This document shows, in pieces, positions 59,080-64,000 of a stretch of DNA of 64,000 nt (position 1 is the first letter of the stretch; every line of letters begins with the position of its first letter). The DNA is taken from positions 664,359-728,358 of the forward strand of contig CAWDSS010000010.1 in NCBI GenBank assembly GCA_963805065.1, in the 5' to 3' direction. This stretch comes from Candidatus Omnitrophota bacterium. Lineage in GTDB: Bacteria > Omnitrophota > Gorgyraeia > Gygaellales > Profunditerraquicolaceae. Below the pieces are notes generated by a model. The model was not told the origin of the DNA. It did not search any database and was given only the letters and a program-made list of their open reading frames with translations. The translations under genes were made by a program, and so were the position numbers.

Positions 59080-59499
59080 ATGGGAAATGAAAAGATAGAA
59101 ATCAGGGATCTGCGCGACGGCAACTTTCTCTGGATAGACAAGGCAGCATTAAGACTTATCAGCGAGAATGCCGGGACGATGGCTGTAGCCGTTTATTCAT
59201 GGCTTTGCTATTACGCTAACTTTAAGGCTCAGGATTGTTTTCCCTCAATAACTACATTGGCATATCACTGCGGAGTATCCCGGCGCACAATCATGCGGGC
59301 TGTAAAGCAATTGGAGCAGATGAAGGCTGTCTTGATTGAGAGAAAGAAGGGCAAGCCCAACATTTATAAGCTGCTTAATATCCCAAGGACGCAAAGTTAT
59401 CCACAGGTAGGTAGTGACATTGATGTCACCAGTGACGCTCACGACACCGGAGTGGTGACGCGGGCGTCACCAGCAGTAGTGTCAGGGATGTCATCCTAA
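59080..59499 (+). CDS. helix-turn-helix protein, phage replication-organiser-like
   Basis: ...FPSITTLAYHCGVSRRTIMRAVKQLEQMKAV... is a winged-HTH of the type found in DnaD/replisome-organiser-like phage proteins. I prefer the ATG at 59080 over the track start at 59032. Confidence 0.55.
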   Translation: MGNEKIEIRDLRDGNFLWIDKAALRLISENAGTMAVAVYSWLCYYANFKAQDCFPSITTLAYHCGVSRRTIMRAVKQLEQMKAVLIERKKGKPNIYKLLNIPRTQSYPQVGSDIDVTSDAHDTGVVTRASPAVVSGMSS

Positions 59500-59750
59500 C
59501 AATAGATATTTAACAAGAGATACCTAAAAATAATAGTAGAGGTTGTGAATTCTGTGAATAAGTCATGGGTCCTTCCAGCGGGGGCTGGCGGCGAGGGTCG
59601 GGCGAGGCGCGGGTTGTGAGTGATTTAAAATTTCAAAAAGTGATGTCGTGGTCGCAAATAGGCATTTTAGGGTAAGAATTTATTCAAATGTAGATAAAAT
59701 TAAGCCTTTGTAGATTATAAAGTTACGTAGAAAAACGAAAGGAGTTTTGT

Positions 59751-61055
59751 ATGCCGAAGATTAACGTCAAGCCGGACATTTGCGACATCAAGATGTCCGA
59801 TATAAAGCCGGCGCCCTATAACCCGAGAGAAATTTCCGAGGAAGCGCTTTTAGGTTTAAGGCATTCTCTTGAGAAGTTTGGTTTGGTAGACCTGTTAGTC
59901 ATAAATAAGCGCACCATGCATATCATTTCCGGGCATCAGCGCTATAAGATTCTGCAGGCTGACGGTGCGCAAACTGTCACTGCAATCATGGTTGACCTTG
60001 ATGAGACCTCGGAAATGGCGATGAACGTGACTTTAAACTCTCAACAGATAGTAGGGGCCTGGACAGCTGCATTAATTCCGGTTCTTGAAAAACTAAGGAA
60101 AGATATGCCCGAGGATTATCTGGATTTAAGGCTCAAAGAGCTGCGGGAAGAGGTTTCCGAACTTGAGGTTGAGAATATGGGATCCGGAAAAACTCTGCCT
60201 GATGATATTCCTGAACCGCCGAAAGAGGCGGTCACTAAAAAAGGCGATCTTTGGATTTTAGGCGAGCACCGGCTTCTTTGCGGCGACGCGACTAATGAGC
60301 AAGATATCGCAAGATTGATGAGCGGCCAGAAGGCAAGTCTCTTTGCCACGGATCCGCCGTATTGCGTTGACTATACCGGAGCAAATAGGCCGACAGGAGG
60401 CCATGACTGGTCAGATGTTTATCATGAGGTGGATATCCCTGATGCCAAAGAGTTTATAAATAAGTTTTACCGAGCAGGCTTAAAATTCATTAAAGAAAAT
60501 ACCGCACTTTATCTTTGGCATGCCTCAAAACGCAGAGCCATGATTGAGGGAATCTGCGATGAGTTAGGTATTTTAATCCATCAGCAGATTATTTGGGTTA
60601 AGCCCTGCGCAGTATTGACCTATTCGTTTTATTCCTGGCGGCATGAGCCCTGCCTTTTAATGTGGGTTAAAGGGCAGAAGCCGTTTTATAAGCCAAAAGA
60701 CAAATCCATTGGCACGGTCTGGACAATTGATTTTTTAAGAACAGGAGATCCGACCAAACCGGAATACTACAGTGACGTCTGGGAGCTTGACTGGGAAGGT
60801 AAAAAACGCAATCCGGGTCTCCTGCATCCTACAGTCAAGCCTACCGAAGTTTTTGCTATTCCTATGCGCGTGCATACTAGTGTAGGAGATATTTGCTATG
60901 AACCTTTCTGTGGCTCAGGCTCGCAGATTATCGCAGCCGAACGATTAAACCGCAAATGTTTTGCCTTGGAACTTGAGCCGATATTCTGTGATGTCACAGT
61001 ACGCAGATGGGAGGAGTTTACCGGCAAGAAAGCGCAACTGGAAGGCAGGACATGA
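59751..61055 (+). CDS. ParB-like nuclease domain fused to an N6/N4 DNA methyltransferase
   Basis: 434 aa with an N-terminal ParB/Srx fold (...PYNPREISEEAL...ISGHQRYKIL). MTase motif IV is FATDPPY and motif I is YEPFCGSGS (beta-class order). Confidence 0.85.
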   Translation: MPKINVKPDICDIKMSDIKPAPYNPREISEEALLGLRHSLEKFGLVDLLVINKRTMHIISGHQRYKILQADGAQTVTAIMVDLDETSEMAMNVTLNSQQIVGAWTAALIPVLEKLRKDMPEDYLDLRLKELREEVSELEVENMGSGKTLPDDIPEPPKEAVTKKGDLWILGEHRLLCGDATNEQDIARLMSGQKASLFATDPPYCVDYTGANRPTGGHDWSDVYHEVDIPDAKEFINKFYRAGLKFIKENTALYLWHASKRRAMIEGICDELGILIHQQIIWVKPCAVLTYSFYSWRHEPCLLMWVKGQKPFYKPKDKSIGTVWTIDFLRTGDPTKPEYYSDVWELDWEGKKRNPGLLHPTVKPTEVFAIPMRVHTSVGDICYEPFCGSGSQIIAAERLNRKCFALELEPIFCDVTVRRWEEFTGKKAQLEGRT

Positions 61056-61657
61056 CCGAAGCAAAACAAAATCTTGCTGAGATTGCCCGCAAGAAACGCC
61101 ACCTGCATTTAATTGAAAAACTTCAAGGCGGGAAATCCCTTACCAAACAGGAGATCGCTGAGCTTGAAGAATTTGAGGCAGAGCCTTTAGCGCCTACTAT
61201 CGTCAAGACCATGGAAGAGGTAGCCAAGGTCATGGATGTAACTTGCCGGACTGTGCAGCGCTGGAAACAGGACGGCATGCCCTCAACCAAAGACGGCTTC
61301 TATGATTTAGAAGAGATAAAGAGCTGGCATGTGCTCAGGAACCAGAAATATAAAGATCAGGACGGCAAGGCTTACTGGGATGAGAAAATACAGCAGTATA
61401 AAGCAGAGCTCTTAAAGATAGAGCTTAAAAAAGCGACCGGAGAGCTGATTCCTTTTAGCGAGCACACCTCAATTCTTAAGAATCAAATCAGAGGAATCAA
61501 GATGGGATTCTTAAGGCTTCCGCATTATATCGCGCCTAAGTTATACCAGCAGGAGCCAAAGCTCATCTGCGAAATCTTAGATAATGAAATCAGAGCAATT
61601 ATCAGTCAATTTGCCGGAGTGCCTTATGCCGATAAAGATCGCCAAGAAAGCGCTTGA
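61052..61657 (+). CDS. putative terminase small subunit (HTH)
   Basis: It shows an ATGA overlap with the methylase gene. The HTH-like segment is MEEVAKVMDVTCRTVQRWKQDGMP. It lies immediately upstream of, and overlaps, the large terminase gene. Confidence 0.55.
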   Translation: MTEAKQNLAEIARKKRHLHLIEKLQGGKSLTKQEIAELEEFEAEPLAPTIVKTMEEVAKVMDVTCRTVQRWKQDGMPSTKDGFYDLEEIKSWHVLRNQKYKDQDGKAYWDEKIQQYKAELLKIELKKATGELIPFSEHTSILKNQIRGIKMGFLRLPHYIAPKLYQQEPKLICEILDNEIRAIISQFAGVPYADKDRQESA

Positions 61658-63491
61658 GACTATTAAGCCTTATGTGCGCAGCGAATGGGCCTTGCCTGAT
61701 AAGGTGACGGTGAGCGTTTGGGCAGATAAGTATCGGCGCTTAGACACTAAAACCTCAGCTGAGCCAGGCCAGTGGTCAACAGCCAGAACACCCTATTTAA
61801 GAGGCATTATGGATGCGTTCACCGATCCTTTTGTAGATGAGATTACGGTTATGTCCGCAAGCCAGGTCGGTAAGACTGAAGCTATGCTGAATATGCTCGG
61901 TTATATTATTGATCAGGATCCCGGGCCTACGCTCATGGTTTTACCGCGGGCTGATGATGCAAAGAGCGTGTCTTATAACAGAATAAAACCGATGATTGAA
62001 GGATCCCCTAACCTTGAAAGATACATCCCGCAAAACTCAGATGATATCACCAAACTTGAGTATCATTTTGACCGGATGATTCTTTACTTTGCCGGTTCAA
62101 ACTCTCCAGCTGACTTAGCCTCAAGACCGATAAGATATTTATTTTTAGATGAGGTGGATAAATACCCAAGGTTTTCCGGACGCGAGGCAGACCCGATAAA
62201 GCTTGCGCAGGAGAGGCAGAAAACTTTTTGGAATAAAAAGACAGTGAAGGTCTCAACGCCCACCACACGCGAAGGATATATTTTTAGGGAGTATGAAAAA
62301 TCCGATCAGAGGCGTTTTTATATACCCTGTCCACACTGCGGGAAAATACAGGTTTTAATCTTTGGGCAAATTAAATGGCCTAAAGAAGAGGCGTCAGCCG
62401 AGCGGATTAAAAACGAACGTCTTGCCTGGTACGAATGTTTGCATTGCAATAAACGCATAGAAGACAGTCAAAAACCCAGAATGATGCAAGGTGGCGAGTG
62501 GATTGCCGATAAAAAAGAACCAAATAAAAACAGGGGATTTTGGATCAGTTCTTTATATTCGCCTTGGCTTACTTGGAGCGATATCGCCGCAGAGTTCTTA
62601 AAGTCAAAGGACTATATAGAATTACTGATGAACTTTGTCAATTCCTGGCTGGCCGAAGTCTGGGAAGAGAACATCGGTAAAACCAAACCGGAAGAATTGT
62701 TAAGCTTAGTACTTCCTAATCCAAGAGGAATTGTGCCGGTCGGTGCAAGGGTTTTAACTGCCGGAGTGGATGTGCAGAAGGATCACTTTTATTTAACTAT
62801 CCGCGGCTGGGGATTACATCAGGAGTCTTGGTTGATTTTGGCCACGAGGGTTGAGGAGTGGGATGACGTAATAGAAATCCTGTTTAAGACTTATTACCCT
62901 TCTGAAAGTGAAGGCGTAGAACCTTTTGGCGTAAGGCTTACTTGTATTGATACCGGATATCGTACTGATGAAGTTTATGAAGTAGCCCGGCTTTGGCGCG
63001 ATATCGCGCGTCCGATTAAAGGGCAAAGCTATATAAGCGGGGTGCCTTTTAGGGTTTCAAGCATTGATAAGTATCCGGCTACAGGCCAGACTATCCCTGG
63101 AGGCCTGCTTCTCTGGCATATCGACACCAGTTATTTTAAAGACAAGATCAGCCGGTTGGTAAAAAATACTAAACTTGATGCACCCGGAGGATGGCATTTA
63201 CATAAGGACCCATCTGATGAATATTTAAAACAGTTTTGCGGGGAGCATAAGATTATTATCCGCGATAAAAAAACAGGGCGCGCCCGGGAAGAATGGCGAA
63301 CGGTTTCTGTGCATGCGCAGAGCCATTTCTTTGATACGGAGTGTTACTCAATAGCAGCGGCGGAGATGATCCGGGTATTTGCTCTGCAGGAAGACGGAAA
63401 GAAAATCTATCCCCGCCAAGACACCGAAAGTTTAAAATACAGCATTAACAAAAACTGGCTTCCCAGACGTCCGAATTGGATAAAGAGATAA
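61626..63491 (+). CDS. phage terminase large subunit, GpA (lambda) type
   Basis: Walker A SASQVGKTE, Walker B YLFLDEVDKYP, zinc-ribbon-like CPHCGK...CLHCNK, and a C-terminal nuclease domain. The track start is 61584; the ATG at 61626 is preferred. Confidence 0.88.
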   Translation: MPIKIAKKALETIKPYVRSEWALPDKVTVSVWADKYRRLDTKTSAEPGQWSTARTPYLRGIMDAFTDPFVDEITVMSASQVGKTEAMLNMLGYIIDQDPGPTLMVLPRADDAKSVSYNRIKPMIEGSPNLERYIPQNSDDITKLEYHFDRMILYFAGSNSPADLASRPIRYLFLDEVDKYPRFSGREADPIKLAQERQKTFWNKKTVKVSTPTTREGYIFREYEKSDQRRFYIPCPHCGKIQVLIFGQIKWPKEEASAERIKNERLAWYECLHCNKRIEDSQKPRMMQGGEWIADKKEPNKNRGFWISSLYSPWLTWSDIAAEFLKSKDYIELLMNFVNSWLAEVWEENIGKTKPEELLSLVLPNPRGIVPVGARVLTAGVDVQKDHFYLTIRGWGLHQESWLILATRVEEWDDVIEILFKTYYPSESEGVEPFGVRLTCIDTGYRTDEVYEVARLWRDIARPIKGQSYISGVPFRVSSIDKYPATGQTIPGGLLLWHIDTSYFKDKISRLVKNTKLDAPGGWHLHKDPSDEYLKQFCGEHKIIIRDKKTGRAREEWRTVSVHAQSHFFDTECYSIAAAEMIRVFALQEDGKKIYPRQDTESLKYSINKNWLPRRPNWIKR

Positions 63492-63739
63492 TGACCAAAT
63501 GGATAAATACCAAAGGATGGCTGAAAGGATATGTTTCGGAAAGGGATAGAGCCGAAGCAAGTAATGAGAATGTAAATAAAGAGCAGAAACCAAAATCAAC
63601 TGTTGTGCGTTTGGTCTTAAGATGTCCAAGATGCAAATCCTTAAAACTAAAATGCTACGGCGCAGATAGGCCCGTATTGTATTATAAATGTAATTCCTGT
63701 AGCTGGAAGTTTAAAGTGCTTGAAGTGGATAACCTATGA
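63476..63739 (+). CDS. small zinc-ribbon protein
   Basis: CPRCKS...CNSCSW forms a four-Cys ribbon. The start may instead be the ATG at 63491, which overlaps the terminase stop. Confidence 0.5.
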   Translation: MDKEIMTKWINTKGWLKGYVSERDRAEASNENVNKEQKPKSTVVRLVLRCPRCKSLKLKCYGADRPVLYYKCNSCSWKFKVLEVDNL

Positions 63740-63804
63740 GATATAATATTATTAGGAGATTTTAAAATTTACTTATTACGCCTATGGAATATTGTTATAA
63801 CATC

Positions 63805-64000
63805 TCAAAATTTAAAACTTTTGAATCTAATCAAGCTCCAAAAATATTCCCCGATAATTTCAAACTTAATATCAAAGATGATAAAGTTTCCCTTATCATT
63901 AGAACAGAAAATGTGTTGGATAGCGAAGTCTTTATTGAAGTTCAACGAGAGTGCGACAGAATTTTCTTTCTTACAGGCGAACAACTCGATCCGCACTTCC
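63805..64000 (-). CDS. hypothetical protein in an AT-rich segment, possibly 5'-truncated by the window edge
   Basis: The minus-strand frame is open to the window end, and the track start at 63996 is a GTG. It is markedly more AT-rich than the phage genes to its left. Confidence 0.3.
   Translation of the reverse strand, partial: EVRIELFACKKENSVALSLNFNKDFAIQHIFCSNDKGNFIIFDIKFEIIGEYFWSLIRFKSFKF

Larger units (their letters stand above)
55263..64000. mobile_element. prophage-like integrated element (left end at tRNA-Gln; right end beyond window)
   Basis: It carries a large serine recombinase abutting the tRNA, a divergent control region, a sigma factor and an HTH replication-type protein. It also carries a ParB-nuclease/methylase, small and large (GpA-type) terminase subunits. 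It breaks the otherwise uniform plus-strand gene orientation. Confidence 0.8.

Overview
This 64-kb window is bacterial chromosome centred on the replication origin, ending in a prophage-like element. The organism looks like an uncultivated, anaerobe-type, moderately AT-rich bacterium; I cannot assign a phylum by eye.

Layout:
- Every gene from 1 to 12.8 kb is on the minus strand: pyrC-pyrB-pyrR, rsmI, glmS, tRNA-Glu, gyrA, gyrB, DUF721, dnaN, dnaA.
- Every gene from 13.2 to 55.3 kb is on the plus strand. In order these are rpmH-yidD-yidC-jag, parAB, ndk, yicC, gmk, rpoZ, coaC, then a tRNA cluster (Cys, Leu, Val) containing a LAGLIDADG endonuclease. They continue with thrS-infC-rpmI-rplT-pheST, rarA, an envelope/EF-G operon, a UvrD-like helicase and two large unknown secreted proteins. 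The last block is a MetV-like/IscU/MTHFS operon, rny-ymdB, a glycosidase, xseAB, dxs, a four-subunit 2-oxoacid:ferredoxin oxidoreductase, gltX and an MshEN-PilZ protein.
- The strand switch, DnaA-box-like sites and AT-rich tracts place oriC at about 11.3-13.2 kb.
- From tRNA-Gln (55.36 kb) to the window end lies a prophage-like element: large serine recombinase, sigma factor, ParB-nuclease/methyltransferase, small and large (GpA-type) terminase.

Most notable observations:
1. An EF-G paralog fused to an N-terminal membrane helix and a roughly 330-aa coiled coil.
2. A ~125-bp GTGTAAT-word imperfect-palindrome repeat that fills three gene junctions in a fixed orientation, plus other junction hairpins built from short repeated words.
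3. A LAGLIDADG homing endonuclease with a structured leader sitting between intact tRNA genes.
4. Partial tRNA-end duplications next to tRNA-Gln, tRNA-Val and tRNA-Glu.
5. A promoter-to-U-tract ~185-nt rod-like RNA that resembles 6S RNA.
6. Dense clusters of 1-nt frameshifts confined to gyrB/gyrA, thrS/infC and parB, while every other long gene is intact. This probably reflects assembly or consensus error but needs read-level checking.

All calls come from reading the sequence and the supplied translations. No database search was run.
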